Position numbers and translations under genes: made by a program | The notes under the pieces: generated by a model | Told to the model about the DNA's origin: nothing | Seen by the model: the letters and a program-made list of their open reading frames with translations, nothing else | Databases searched by the model: none | Shown here: one piece after another, positions 1 to 13,157 of the stretch | Position numbering within the stretch: the first letter of the stretch is position 1 | How the letters are laid out: every line of letters begins with the position of its first letter | Assembly (NCBI GenBank): GCA_951406725.2 | Contig: OX597816.1 | Span: 84,692,001-84,756,000, forward strand | DNA length: 64,000 nucleotides | DNA from: Octopus vulgaris | Lineage: Eukaryota | Direction: 5' to 3'

Positions 1-45
1 TCTACCATGAATCCATTTCTCACATCTCACACACATATATATCTC

Positions 46-192
46 ATCATCATCATCATCATCATTTAATGTCCGTTTTCCATGCTAGCATGGGTTGGAC
101 GATTTTGACTGAGGGCCGGCAACCAGATGGCTGCATCAGGCTCCAGTCTTGGTCTGGCAGAGTTTCTACAGCTGGATGTCCTTCCTAAAGCC
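46..192 (-). mobile_element. SINE/RTE-type 3' fragment ending in (GAT)n (family C)
   Basis: catcatcat-ttaa(c/t)gtcc(g/a)ttttccatgctagcatgggtt...gctggatg(t/c)ccttcctaa recurs at ~2420-2555, 6051-6225, 10130-10255 and 11700-11870. Confidence 0.7.
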
Positions 193-193
193 A

Positions 194-355
194 ATATATA
201 TATATACATATATATACATTTATATATATACATATATATACATACATATATATATACATATATATACATACATATATATATACATTTATATATATATACA
301 TATATATACATACATATATATATACATACATATACATACATATATATGTACATAC

Positions 356-395
<40 letters not shown>

Positions 396-472
396 ATACA
401 TACATATATATACATATATATACATATATATATACATACATATATATATACATACATATATATATATACATA

Positions 473-513
<41 letters not shown>

Positions 514-536
514 ACATACATATATATATATACATA

Positions 537-577
<41 letters not shown>

Positions 578-624
578 ACATACATATATATACATAACAT
601 ATATATATATACATATATATATAC

Positions 625-703
<79 letters not shown>

Positions 704-1100
704 CATATATATATACATATATATATACATATATATACATATATATACACATATATATACACATATATATACATATATATACACATATATATACACATAT
801 ATATACACATATATATACATATATATATACACATATATATATACATATATATACACATATATATATACATATATATACATATATACATATATATATATAT
901 TCATATATATATACATATATATATATATCACGATGATGATGATGATATATACATATATACATATACATATATATATATCACGATGATGATGATGATATAT
1001 ACATATATATATATACATATATATATACATATATATATATACATATATATATATATACATATATATATACATATATATATACATATATATACATATACAC

Positions 1101-1133
<33 letters not shown>

Positions 1134-1212
1134 CGTACATATACATACATACATATATACACACACGCACATATATACCATACAAATACACAAACACAAA
1201 CGCACACATATA
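194..1212. repeat. Compound (TA)n/(TACA)n microsatellite tract with an internal ~50-bp tandem duplication containing (GAT)n
   Basis: Directly visible; tatcacgatgatgatgatgatatatacat occurs at ~926 and ~976. Confidence 0.95.
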
Positions 1213-1839
1213 AAACAGTGTAATTGAACAAATTCAAGTGTACTAAATTACTGTTGTTTCAACAATGATGATGATGATGATCATAAAAATAATAATAGTA
1301 ATAATATCACAATCCTTATCAATGTTATCATTATTATTATTGTTATTATTATTATAATTTTTATCATCATCATCATCATCATCTGTATTTATAAAAATAC
1401 ATATGTAAGCATATATCATTCATGTCACTGGTATTATTTATATCTGTGGGCTATTTGCATGAAGAATTATATGATATAAATATACTTCTGTTTGCGCGCG
1501 CGTGTGTGTGTGTGTGTGTATCTTGATATGAATAAGCAAATACATAAAGAGAGACACAAACACACACACATATATATATACACACACACACATACACAAG
1601 TATTGCGTGTCAGAGTTTTAACCAATCTTGTGAAATACCTGAAGCAAAAAAATACTCTCCAAAACAAACTCTAATTAACAAGTTCTGACACCTCTGCTAC
1701 ACCCACTGCTACCCTGCTACTCATGCACCACCCAAATAACGATAATGTTTAGTTACCTCTTTTTCTTTTTCTTGGAACCAAAACCACCCAAGTGATTAAA
1801 TAACATGTATCTACACGATATGCATAATTCATACTCATG

Positions 1840-1884
<45 letters not shown>

Positions 1885-1983
1885 TATGTAAAGATAAACT
1901 TGGAAATGGATGCGTGGCTTTCAATCAAATAATATAAATAATATATATATATATGCATATATACATACATGTATATGTATATA

Positions 1984-2228
1984 GGTACAGGACGTCACAA
2001 AATGTAAACAACATGAAATACGAAAACAAAGTTGGGTATGCAAAGAACAAGAGAAACAAATGGAAAACAAGCACGCTTGAAAATAGGAGTAGAAGGACAG
2101 CTGATAACTGATGAAGGGCCATTTTTTTATGTTACGTTTCTTGTTTTCCATTTGTTTCACTCGTTCTTTGGGTACCCAACTTAATTTTCGTATTTCATGT
2201 TGTTTATGTTTTATGATGTCCTGAACCC
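1984..2228. repeat. Long inverted repeat (~88-bp arms) between TA-rich microsatellites
   Basis: ggtacaggacgtcacaaaatgtaaacaacatgaaatacgaaaa...aaacaaatggaaaacaag (1984-2071) is the imperfect reverse complement of cttgttttccatttgtttc...ttttcgtatttcatgttgtttatgttttatgatgtcctgaacc (2140-2227). Confidence 0.9.
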
Positions 2229-2285
2229 ATATATACGTACCTATATACATATATATGTATGTATGTATATATGATTATATATATC

Positions 2286-2336
<51 letters not shown>

Positions 2337-2745
2337 GATATACATGTATCCACACAAATCCAATTTGTGCTTGTGTGTGTACATATTTACATATAAATAT
2401 ATATCTATAAATATCATCATCATTATTATAGTCATTCAACATCCACTTTCCATGTTTGAGTGAGGACTGGCAAGCCAAAAGGCTGCATCAGGCTCCAATC
2501 TGATCTGGCAGGCAAGGTTTCTATAGCTGGATGCCCTTCCTAATGCCAACCACTCCATATACATTTATATATATATATATAGGAGTGGCTGTGTGGTAAG
2601 AAGCTAAGAAGCTTGCTTTACAGCCACATGGTTCTGGGTTCAGTCTCACAGCACAGCACCTTGGACAAGTGTCGTCTACTATAGCCTTCAGCCAACCAAA
2701 GCCTTGTGAGTGGATTTGGTAGACGGAGACTGAAAGAAGCCTATC

Positions 2746-2779
<34 letters not shown>

Positions 2780-4019
2780 TCATACATATGCATATATATA
2801 TATACACACAGATAAATGTATATGTGTATGAGTGTGTATAGCTAAAACACCTTTCAACTTGCTCTCCTCCAATCATAAAGTTGCCCCTGCCCCCAGGGCA
2901 CATAGCCTTGAAAGCAGCATGGCAACCTCACTAGTGATGGTGGCATGAAAAATGTACTGAGTATTTGCCGTAAAGTGGTGCCGTTAGGAAGGGCCTTCAA
3001 CCATGGAAACCATGTCAGCATGGAACATGAATGTTGAATGATGAAGATGATTATACCCATTCTTGATAAATATAGATATAATTATACGTGTGTAAATTTG
3101 TTTAGATGTGTGTGTGTGTGTGTTTGTTTGCTTTTGCAATTTTATCTGGTAAAGTCATGTGTTTTGTAGTTACATAGTTTGTTTTTAGTAATGATTTACC
3201 ATTACCACTCCTATGTCTCTACTCCTCCTTCTTTTCATATCAGAAGCCAGAAAATACAAGTTTTGAGACCTTGAGAGCAAAAAGCACCTAGTTCTAAATC
3301 TGAAAAGAGTAAATGACTCCCATGATGGTAATTCCAGTTGTTCAATTAATAGAACAACCAATGTATTAAATTCTATAGCATGTGGCTGATAATACTACAC
3401 ATATTACTTTCTTTAAAGTATCCTCAGACAAGAATCTGTAAAAGTTTTCAAATTACCGTTGTAGTCTATCTAATGATTTTCCACAACTTCTGTATAACTG
3501 GTTTCATTCAATAGGCTTTTAACTCACCATCACCCAAGGCTACATTGGTAGAAACTAGCCCAAAGTGCTATGCAAAACAATCAAACCTTTGACCATATGA
3601 TTGTGAAGCAAACTTCTATAAGAAATGAAAGCAGTAACTATAGTGAGCAGTAGTTCATATCAGCTTCCAAGTGAGCTGGAATGAGCTTCTGCTATCTCTA
3701 GCGGACAGGTATCTCCTACTAAGAATGGGCAAAAATTGCCTGAAACCAGTCGGTCTGGTGATCTTATCAAGTTGCTCTCTTGCTTGCAATATATAATGGG
3801 TGCAGATTGCATCAATAACTAGCTAGATGAGGTGTCCTCTTGGGGGTTAAAAAGTGGTAGTGTCAGTTTATTCAGCTATTATGAAGTGGTGACAAACATT
3901 ACTTCTTATTTAACCAGGATTACATGGAATAATCTCAAATCTCTAACAGAGTCTTAGTACATATACACCATCATCCCTATTGTGCAATTTTTATTATTAA
4001 TGTTGTTGCTACTGATACC

Positions 4020-4235
4020 AATTCTGTACATGGTGTAAATGACCTTCACAAACCATACTTCTACCCATAGTTTTCTTAGCAACCACCAGGGTACCACGAA
4101 GCATGGTACCTTGGTAATGTCCTTCTTCATGTCCTCAAATGCTGTGGATAGTGGTTTCTTATTGGCTAAAACCATCTCTTGTTGTTGCATTTCTAAGAAG
4201 AGTACACCAGTGGTTCTGCATCTCTTCACAAACCA
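4020..4235 (-). mobile_element. RTE-clade LINE reverse transcriptase remnant
   Basis: RTTGVLFLEMQQQEMVLANKKPLSTAFEDMKKDITKVP..VVPWWLLRKLWVEVWFV resembles RTE RT GRSTTDAIF..RQLQEK......LY.AFVD.EKAFDRVP...IWW..RKLGV.EW.V. Confidence 0.7.
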
Positions 4236-6007
4236 AGTTCCATTTTATCTAAACTAAGACTTTCCTCTGCAATGAACCAGCATCAAATTCAGTGGAAGTG
4301 TTGTAGTCTTAATCACTTACATACCATGGAAACTGATTAACCAGGCTTAATAATAATAATAATAATAATGATGATGATGATGATAACAACAATCTTATCT
4401 ACTCTAGGCACAAGGCCCGAAATTTTGGGAGAGGGGCCAATCGATTAGATTGATCCCAGTATGCAATTGGTACTTAATCTATCGACCTCGAAAGAATGAA
4501 TGGCAAAGTCGACCTCGGCGGAATTTGAACTCAGAACACGAAGACAAACGAAATACCGCTAAGCATTTCGCTCAGCTTGCTAACGTTTCTGCTAGCACTC
4601 TGGCTTCAATAATAATAATAAAGCACCCTCCTGGATTAGCTTTGCCAATCTGTGGAGTTCAGTCAACTAACAGGTGTTTCATGATAATTATTGTTAATAC
4701 TCTCCAGACTACAAAAGCTTAGAGGGTTCTTCTGAATGAATAGAGAGGGTGAACGGAAACAAAAAAATTACCAAATATTTTGCAAAATGAAAAGGCATTA
4801 AATAAATTCGATGTAAAGAAACAACTATTTTAGAATTAAAAGAAACCGAAAGGGAGGTAACTCTAAATATGTTTACAGCAGTTGAGTCCCTTGAAAATTG
4901 CAAATTACAATGAAATGATTGAATTGAAAATTCTGTCCAGTTCACACAGAATAATAGTAATAGTGAAATAAATAAATATCTGACAATAAAGCAATTCTAT
5001 GTTTGCTGCTGTGGTTTAGTGATTGTAATGTGCATGAAGCTGCAGAAATATGTGTTGGTATAGTGATGACTATTTTTTCTAACTTGCAGTTTTTCTCCTT
5101 TGTTGTACCTAAATATTAATAAGCGTATTTGCTGCTTTACTCGTCTGTCTCTCACTGAATAGGCTGGCAATCTGTTTGACTGTATCGTTGTATCTCTCTT
5201 TCCCTCATTCTGCATTTGGCAGCCTGTACTTCTCTCTATAATGATTCAATACAATTTCCATCCCACAACTTGAAATATAGTGCAACTGATTTATTCCCTG
5301 AGAAATAAGAAGCTGACGTGGTAAACCTCTCTTCCTTGCTCTTGAGACACTTTGTGGATGGAATCAGTCAAAGGAGGAACGTACTACTTTTATTTCACGT
5401 TAAAACTGCTTAAGAACGGTAACTCAGCTACTCACTCCCGGGAAAAGACGATACTGTGAACCTATATTTAAGGATCTTCATTATATATTCAAATGAAACC
5501 TACCAAAGGAGTCTTTCAGTACTTGTCTATAGAATATAGCAGAGGAGGTAGAGGGTAGTGCTTGTAGCCTTGCTAAGCTCCTAACGAACACAAAAATGAG
5601 ACAGAAATAACTGGGGACCATTAATACAGTTTACAATTTAGTTTGAAATTTATAAAGCTTTTACGAGCTGACAGGAAGGGTTATATATTGTATACAGGAA
5701 GATAGGAAGGGTTATATATGTATACATTTGGTACAACAAACTTTTGGAATGAGCATCAGTCAGCTGTGTGAATGAAGTACGTTTAGGTGAGTGAAGAAAT
5801 GTGATTTGAAACGTTGAATATTTGGATAATTAATAAATAACTGTCGTCCTAAAAACGATGATAACCACCACATCAATTCTCAAAATGTAAAAGTAAGATG
5901 CCTATATAATCATTTAATCTCTGAACCAAATGGATTCATTATGTGGTTGTCTAACCAGCCAAAAGTAAGGGTTAAAACCCCCTCAAATCACACCCTATTA
6001 TCTTTAA

Positions 6008-6369
6008 CCCTTTATCATTATCCAAGTGTAATGCTTATTTATTTACATTCCTCATCATCATCACCATCGTTTAACGTCCATTTTCCATGCTAGCATGGGT
6101 TTGACGGTTCGAACGGGGTCTGGGAAACCAGGAGGCTGCACCAGGCGCCAGTCTGATCTGGCAGTATTTCTACAGCTGGATGCCCTTCCTAATGCCAACC
6201 ACTCCATGAGTGTAGTGGGTGCTTTAGCTCATAGCTCTGATGTATCAGTGGTGTGCTTGTGTTTAGAATGACACTATATGGTAGGTGTGAGGGGCTGGAT
6301 CTGGGCCAGTTTGAATATAAAACAAGAAGAATATTTGGGCCACATATGGTCACTATAAAAGCTAAAAGA
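6008..6369. mobile_element. piggyBac-like MITE with a family C SINE nested at ~6051-6225
   Basis: TTAA|ccctttatcatt at the left end and aagctaaaaga|TTAA at the right end (degenerate TIR, TTAA flanks). Confidence 0.5.
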
Positions 6370-6589
6370 TTAAATGAGAAAAGGATGAGTTAGATAATGA
6401 AGTCCCACAACGTGGTAAGAATGAGAAGAGTACAGCAGATATGATTTTGATAGAAATTCTGCTCTGCCTAAGTTGACCTGAAGGCTAAACATCTTAAACA
6501 GCATCAACAACAATAACCCATTTGATGCTGTTATTGAAAGGATAAAAAAAAAATTGGAAAATGATCAATTGGCTCTGATAAGGACTTAC

Positions 6590-7198
6590 CTGCAGACGCT
6601 CCAGTAAATAGTTCAAGTCTAAAACATCTGTATAGAAATCAAGATTAAAGGCAAGTTTACCATACTTTTGAATGAGATCAGCTTTTGAGAGGACGTTCAC
6701 ATGAGGGAGACTAACTTGGAGCATTGTGATTAAAGAGGTGAGTAAAACTGAAATGAATTTGCCTGTATCACTGCAGTAGTGTGCATCTACTAAATGTACA
6801 GCTACAAGTCTATAGTCAAGTTTCTGTAAGGCTTCAACAATGTTGTGGACTGCATTGTGGTGAGTGTAGAGTTCAACTTGTCCAGGACAATCAAACATAA
6901 TGTAGTGGTCTTTGGGGATGAGTTTTAGTTTATTAACTAGCCAATCTAGATTTTTATCAAGGTATTCCATGCAATATATGAGTCCTCCATTTGGGCCAAG
7001 TTTCAGATTCTCCATCACTTCCTCAAGAGTAATCAGTTCTGAGATATTGATATCTGGTGTGTAAGGAATGTAGTCGTTGGCAGGATCAAGGTTTATGATT
7101 GACACCTTCCGTCCCAAATTTCGCATGAATTCACTCATTCCACGGCAGTAGGTGGTTTTGCCAGAACCAGGTGGTCCAATAACTAGCTGGGCAAACAT
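6590..7198 (-). CDS. GPN2: GPN-loop GTPase 2, first coding exon (203 codons; exon 6590-7214 including 16 nt of 5' UTR); downstream exons not found in window
   Basis: Translation [18 protein letters not shown]...NLDPAND...[14 protein letters not shown]...[13 protein letters not shown]...NVLSKADL...[12 protein letters not shown] carries G1, GPN-loop, G3 and G4 motifs of GPN2/ATPBD1B type. Acceptor ttttaacttcAG ends at 7215; donor CAG|GTAAGT at 6590/6589 (phase 0). Confidence 0.93.
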
Positions 7199-7399
7199 TG
7201 TAGTAGTCAGATATCTGAAGTTAAAAATCATAATAAAATAAATAAAAAGACAAATTACACAAAGGCAACAGAATCACAAATAACATAGTCTAACTACTAA
7301 AGAAAAGAAAAGAAAACAAAGATTAATTATCATATGCATATATGTTTTTATATATACATGTACACACACATATATATCATCATCAGAATTCTCACATTT

Positions 7400-9620
7400 G
7401 ATTTCTCCATACTATAATGACCACAACAGAAAGAGTTCTGGGTAGCGAATAAAGAAGAGCTAACCAACCTTGGATATCTGAAGAGAAACTACAACTGGTA
7501 GATCAAAGAAGAGAACTTAAGATGACGTGATCAGCCACAGAGGATGGAGAATAAAGATATCAAGAGATCAAAAGAGCAGTGAAAAGAGAAGTGAGAAGAG
7601 ACAAAAACCAGATGAATGGAAGATGTATATGCTGAGGTTCAAGATGAATTAAATAAGAATATATTTATTTACTACCCACAGGGGGCTAATCACAGAGGGG
7701 ACAAACAAGGTCAGACAAAGGGAATAAGTCGATTACATCGACCCCAGTGCTTCACTTGTACTTAATTTATCGACCCCGAAAGGATGAAAGGCAAAGTCGA
7801 CCTCGGCAGAATTTGAACTTGGAACGTAACGACAGATGAAATACGGCTATACATTTCGCCCGGCGTGCTAACGATTCTGCCAGCTCGCTGCCTTATTCAA
7901 GATGAATTAAACAAGAATAACATGAGGAAGGCATACGACATTACCAAAGCACTAAAGGAAGGATTCCAGCCAGAAGTATAGAAACAACAAAGACTTAAAG
8001 GACAGAGTGCTTGATGATCTACCAAATATTCTCAAGAGGTGGAAAGAATATGGAGAAAGAGTACATCAGGACAATATTTCACAATCAGCAGACATCAGTC
8101 AGGATGAGCTGACTTCCCAGCACTACTTGAGTCAGAAGAAAGAGACAGTGACTTCCCAAAAAAGCTGATGGAATTGATGGTCTACCTGCAGAACTGTTAA
8201 AAACAAAATTCTGATGATCAGATTGTTATACAGACTCTGCATAGCACTCACCTTGACACTGGCGAATGGCTACCAGGCTAGGTCAGATCAGTAATCAATT
8301 CCAAAACCGAAAACCTGAAGAGCTATTGAATACACTAATCATGAACCAACACCTTCATCAGCCACAGAAGCAAGATCATAGAAGAAAAGTTTGCAGATGT
8401 ACATATCATGAGATTTTGAAAGAAAAGTAGGAACGAGTTCAGATATTCAATCTATAGATCACCGAAAAGGTGTCCCTCTTCACATAGCTATTATAGACTA
8501 CAAAAAACCATTTGCCACAGTTTGACATACAAACGTCTGGTTTGTCTGGAAAAGGATGGGTGTGAATGACAAAGTTGTCACTCTGTTGTTGGTTCTCATA
8601 GATACTACAGATTTTAACAAGAACCAACTAACAGCCACTATCAGAGTGGAGAAGGAACAAATAGAATGATTCTATATCAAGCAAGGAGTTTGTCCAGATC
8701 ATCTTGTTTCAGTCATTCACTTCAACTTCTCCTCTGAAGATGCACTGAGAGAGTCAGTTGACACAGCTAGTTGGATAGGAATTACAACTGGTAAAAAGAA
8801 CATCAACAATCTACAGTTTGCTGATGATATAGTCCTTATTGCAACATTATCAGAGACTCCATAGAAATTTCTGGACACAATGCGAAGTGTTTTGAATACT
8901 AGCTGGAAATCAATACAAAGATGACAAAAACACCAAAGCAACTCAACATCCCATACTGAGGAGTTACCTTAGAATAAGTCACCAAGTTGTAAATATCTGG
9001 GAGGTACCATAGAGCAATAAGGAGCTGGAGGTCATCATTTAGCAGCGCAACTTGTGGCAACAAGATCAGTTTTAAAATCACTCAATACAATCTAGAAAGG
9101 CCAGAGCCCTTAAGAACATCTTAGCAAAACCTCCTGAAGATATTAGTCTGGCCAGTGGAATTGTATGGACATGAAAGCTGGAGCCTACGAGTAAACAATA
9201 CAGCCAGATTCAAATTTATTTACTGGTCAGTTCAACTGATTCTCAATACTGTTCAGTATTTCATTAATTCAAATTCAAGGCATTTGAAATAATGAGTTAC
9301 TGGATAGTACTGAGGATCAACTGGACTGACAGTGATCAAAGGAGTCAGAACTTGAGGAAATGGGAACAAAGAGAATTTTTGAATGAAAAAGCTGCGGTAT
9401 TTTGGGCATCTCATCAGGGCCCAGAAACTCAGCAACCACATACTAGAGAAAAGAGTGAATAAGAAATGAGCAAAGGGAAAGAGACTGCAAAAGCAACATC
9501 AAAGAATGAACTGGAACTCTTTGGCTGAATGCACAGCTAAGAACAGTGGCAGAGCAATGAATGGAGAAAGATAGTGCATGCATCGATGGTCACTAGCTCT
9601 CAACAATGAGGATGAGAATA
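7400..9620 (+). mobile_element. Highly decayed RTE-clade LINE in GPN2 intron 1 (antisense to gene)
   Basis: Broken-frame motifs WISEEKL.LVDQRR, ADGIDGLPAELLK, IKQGV.P, NINNLQFADDIVLIA, LYGHESWSL, KLRYFGHLIR; ends near a gatgag-type tail. Confidence 0.8.
7662..7895 (-). mobile_element. tRNA-derived SINE family A (long-tail form) with 24-bp TSD
   Basis: ttcaagatgaattaaa(t/c)aagaata at 7638-7661 and 7896-7919; head aaggcagcgagctggcagaa, core gaggtcgactttgcctttcatcctttcggggtcgataaattaagtac. Confidence 0.9.
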
Positions 9621-10274
9621 AGCGAGGCAAGGGACAGCAAGACAAACTAGATCCTTGTTCAGGAGTGAATGCAATTTCTGTAGTAAGATATGGACTTATG
9701 CCAACATGGCTAGTGTCTGAACATATATATAAAATAAACAAAGATACGTACATCTCATCCTTGTTATCAGCTTCTCTCTTTCCTGTTTCCTTTCCCATAC
9801 AGCTCCTGTCCACGCTAGGCCTTAAAGGCAGAGTAGCCCTGGGTCTTCTCCCACCCCTGCCATGCAACTTAGCTTAACATCTTTCCACTGTCTTTCCTTT
9901 AACTGTCCTCTTACAACAATAAGTCTTTTCCTCTTGCCTTATTTTACCCACTTTGATAATCCCCACCTAGAATCATTGTACTCTCTCTCTCTCTTTCTCT
10001 TTCTCTTCTGGTCTTATTTAGTTACACGAGTCACTTTAGGCCCTCAGTCTTTCTTGCAAGTTACAAGGTTACTTCATTAGTGTTGTTGTCATGAAAAAAC
10101 AACTAAACCCACCAAGTATATCTGTAGAGAAGCGCATCAAGCCATAGAAACTACGCCAAAACAGACACAGGAGCATAATGCAGTCCATTGACTCACTGGA
10201 TCATATTGAACCCATGCAAGCATGGAAGACGGATACTAAATGATGATGATGATGATTTTAGTCTACCCTAAGTG

Positions 10275-10610
10275 TAGGCACATGGATCAATGGTTAGAGC
10301 GTCAGGCTCACAATTATGAGGTAGTGAGTTCAATTCTCAGACCGGGCTGTTTGTTGTGTTCTTGAACAAGACACTTTATTTCACGTAGCTCCAGTTCACA
10401 CAGCTGTGGAAGTGAGTTGCAACATCACTAGTGCCAAGCTGTATCAGCCTTTGCCTTTCCTTTGGATAACATTGGTGGCACAGAGAGGGGAGGATGGTAT
10501 GCATGGATGACTGCTGGTCTTCCATAAACAACCTTGCCTGGACTTGTGCCTGAGAGGGTAACTTTCTAGGTGCGATCCCATGGTTATTCATGACCAAAGG
10601 GGGTCTTTAC
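10275..10610 (+). mobile_element. tRNA-derived SINE family D
   Basis: A/B-box head (tggatcaatggttagagcg...gagttcaattctc) then tgttgtgttcttgaacaagacactttatttcacg; second near-complete copy at ~18998-19312. Confidence 0.85.
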
Positions 10611-10961
10611 TCTTTTCATTACCCCCATAATGATAATAAAAGTTTCAAATTTTGGCACAAACCAGCAATATTTTTAGTGAAAAGTGGGGTTAGTCAATTA
10701 CAATGACTCCAAAAGGACAAAAGACAAAGTCAACCTCGGTGCAATTTGAATTCAAACAGAAAGAGCTAAAAGAAACTCTGCAAAGTACTTTTTCTGAAGC
10801 ACTAAGAACTCCTACTTAAATAATAATAACAATCCTTTCTACGATAGAACATAAGGCTTGAAACTTTTTGTTTTTGGTGATTGGGATAATTATAATCCTT
10901 CTGTGTTTTTGAGGGGAAGGAGCAAGTTGATTATATTCACCTTAGGAACTGATTGGTACTT

Positions 10962-11237
10962 TCTGCTCCAGAGCGTCGGCTGCGGGGTCACTCCGAAAAG
11001 CTCTATCTGCGACGATTTCATCTCAGTCGAAGGAGAGGGCTTTCTCCGTCCGGGTTGCGGATCCGTGGAATAAGCTGCCGGACGAGATGGTGAAGATGTC
11101 AACGACCGCTCGGTTCAAAGTCTCCCTTGACCACAAGTGGCCTGAACTCTTTACATGAACACCACCCTGTACATAACTCCATGTCCCCCTACATGGCCTT
11201 GCTTTTTGGTTTTTGAGCCAAAAATTAACTAACTAAC
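10962..11237 (+). mobile_element. CR1/L2-group LINE 3' end inserted inside a family A SINE
   Basis: RRLRGHSEKLYLRRF...FSVRVADPWNKLPDEMVKMSTTARFKVSLD matches the CR1-type C-terminus; (taac)n tail; splits SINE motif tggtactt|attgatccccaaaggatgaaaggc. Confidence 0.85.
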
Positions 11238-11419
11238 CTTATTGATCCCCAAAGGATGAAAGGCAATCAGTCAACTTAGTCATTCCTCTTTTTGGAATTG
11301 ATAAGTATTAGTGAAGTACCTCAATTATGCCTTTTATCTTTCCAGAGTGAAGGTAGTAGTAGTAGTGTAAGGTGAAAAAGAAAAGGTAAGCCACTGTAGC
11401 CATACTTGAGTTATTAACA

Positions 11420-11610
11420 TAATGCATGATGTGTATGGATGAAGACAGCTGCATGAAGAAGTGCTGAGCTCTAATAGTGGAGGGAACCTTTGAAAGGGGT
11501 AGACCCAGGATGATGTAGGACAAAGCGGTGAGAAAGGATCTTTGAATACTGGCCTCAATGACAAGGGACCAGGAGATGTGGCAATTTGCTGTATTTGAGA
11601 ATATGCACCA
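11420..11610 (+). mobile_element. RTE LINE C-terminal remnant
   Basis: MDEDSCMKKC*ALIVEGTFERGRPRMM*DKAVRKDL resembles the RTE C-terminal RGRPRKTW...V..DL motif. Confidence 0.65.
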
Positions 11611-12109
11611 AGCTAAGTAACATTGCTGTCATTCATACATACAGGTTTGTCCTCTACAGGTGCCGGTGATACATAAAATGCACTTATGTCAGTATTGTGT
11701 TGATGCACCTGTGCCGGTGGCACGTGAAAAGCACCCTGCACAATCTGTAAAGTGGCTGGCATTAAGAAGGACATCCAGCCGCAGAAAACATGCCACAACA
11801 GCAACTGGAGTCCAGCCAACTCATGTAGCATGGAAAACGGACGTTAAATGATGATGAAAATGATGGTGATAATGATAAAAAACAATAACAGTAGTAGATA
11901 CAGTACACTTTCAACAAAGAATCCATCTGGCTCAGCTAACAACAATCACTTCGTATATGGTCAGCAGAAGGTCAGGTATTATTTTTTTAAGGTATGATTT
12001 AAGTTGAATCCCGCAGCTATTTCTGTCACTTCTGGCGATAAATTTTCTCTTATCGGTAAGCATTCATTGAACCGAGTTGGGAACGGGATGTAAGTTCCAA
12101 CTGTTTGTT

Positions 12110-12327
12110 GGTACTACTTAAGAAGAGTGGTCCCGGTGCGCGTACTCGCGCATCCGCGCTAGCTAGTCGATCCTTACTTTGTGTTTTATTTACTTTGTTT
12201 AAAAAAATTATTTTGTGTTTTATTTACTTTGCTTGTAGGATCGACTTGTAGGATCGTTGTAGGATCGACTTGTCACTACTAGCTAAGGCGGATGCGCGCA
12301 CCGGGACCACTCTTCTGAAGTAATACC
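12110..12327. mobile_element. Mutator (MULE)-type MITE
   Basis: Perfect 9-bp TSD ctgtttgtt (12101-12109, 12328-12336); TIRs ggtactacttaagaagagtggtcccggtgcgcg / cgcgcaccgggaccactcttctgaagtaatacc. Confidence 0.9.
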
Positions 12328-12603
12328 CTGTTTGTTTACTAGACAATGAAGCTGAGACCATCACGTTTATTTTTCGGGCAGTGTACCTTATAACAAGATT
12401 ATTTTTTCAGACAAGTAGTTTTCTTTTTAAGGCTATAGATATGAAAGAAATTTGACTGCCAGTTCTAGTAGGTTGAACAACTATGTAAATACTCTCGTCG
12501 ATTTGCAGCGGGATACTTGCCATGACAACGATGTAAACGATGACTTACTAAATTAACACTTTATCACAAAGCTTCATAAATTCTAGTACATGGCTTGGAT
12601 ATT

Positions 12604-12804
12604 GAGCTGGCAGAAACGTTAACACGCCGGGCGAAATGCTTAGCGGTATTTCTGAGTTCAAATTCCGCCGAGGTCGACTTTGCCTTTCGGGGTCGATTAA
12701 ATAAGTACCAGTTACGCACTGAGGTCGATATAATCGACTTAATCCGTTTGTTTGTCCCTGCTTGTCCTCTCTGTGTTTAACCCCTTGTGGGTAGTAAAGA
12801 AATA
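12604..12804 (+). mobile_element. SINE family A (long tail), TSD ggatatt
   Basis: ggatatt at 12597-12603 and 12805-12811; family core present. Confidence 0.85.
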
Positions 12805-13157
12805 GGATATTAACCGATATCGCAAGAACGAAAAGTAAAATCAATACCGATAGGAACAAAAGGAAACACCTCTATGTTATTTAGTCTGGGGTTCCACCAC
12901 TCTCCTCCGAATAGTTCCAACACCGAAATTTACCACAGAAGATGCTTTATAATCCGGTAGTTTGGATTTAATATATACAATTTAAATATTTTGTACTGGT
13001 AAATCTGACAAATTATAATTATAATTATAAATCATCAATAACGACTAAACAGCTGATAGCGATAAACAATATAATACTATAGTGTGAAACAGAATTATTG
13101 GTCCAGTTATATTGAATCAATGCTTAAATTTCAAACAAATAAAATAATTTAACTTAC

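Noticed and set aside
66-1237. Long ORFs of 200-354 aa rich in Y/I/H/M
   Set aside because: Stop-free translations of (TA)/(TACA) microsatellite on both strands; not genes.
5350-5760. Possible solo LTR (similar impression at 27435-27720)
   Set aside because: No matching second LTR, TSD, PBS or PPT could be identified.
6494-7231. ORF-track 245-aa protein as complete GPN2
   Set aside because: Both ends run into introns (acceptor at 7215, donor at 6589); the C-terminal VSPYQ... stretch is intronic.
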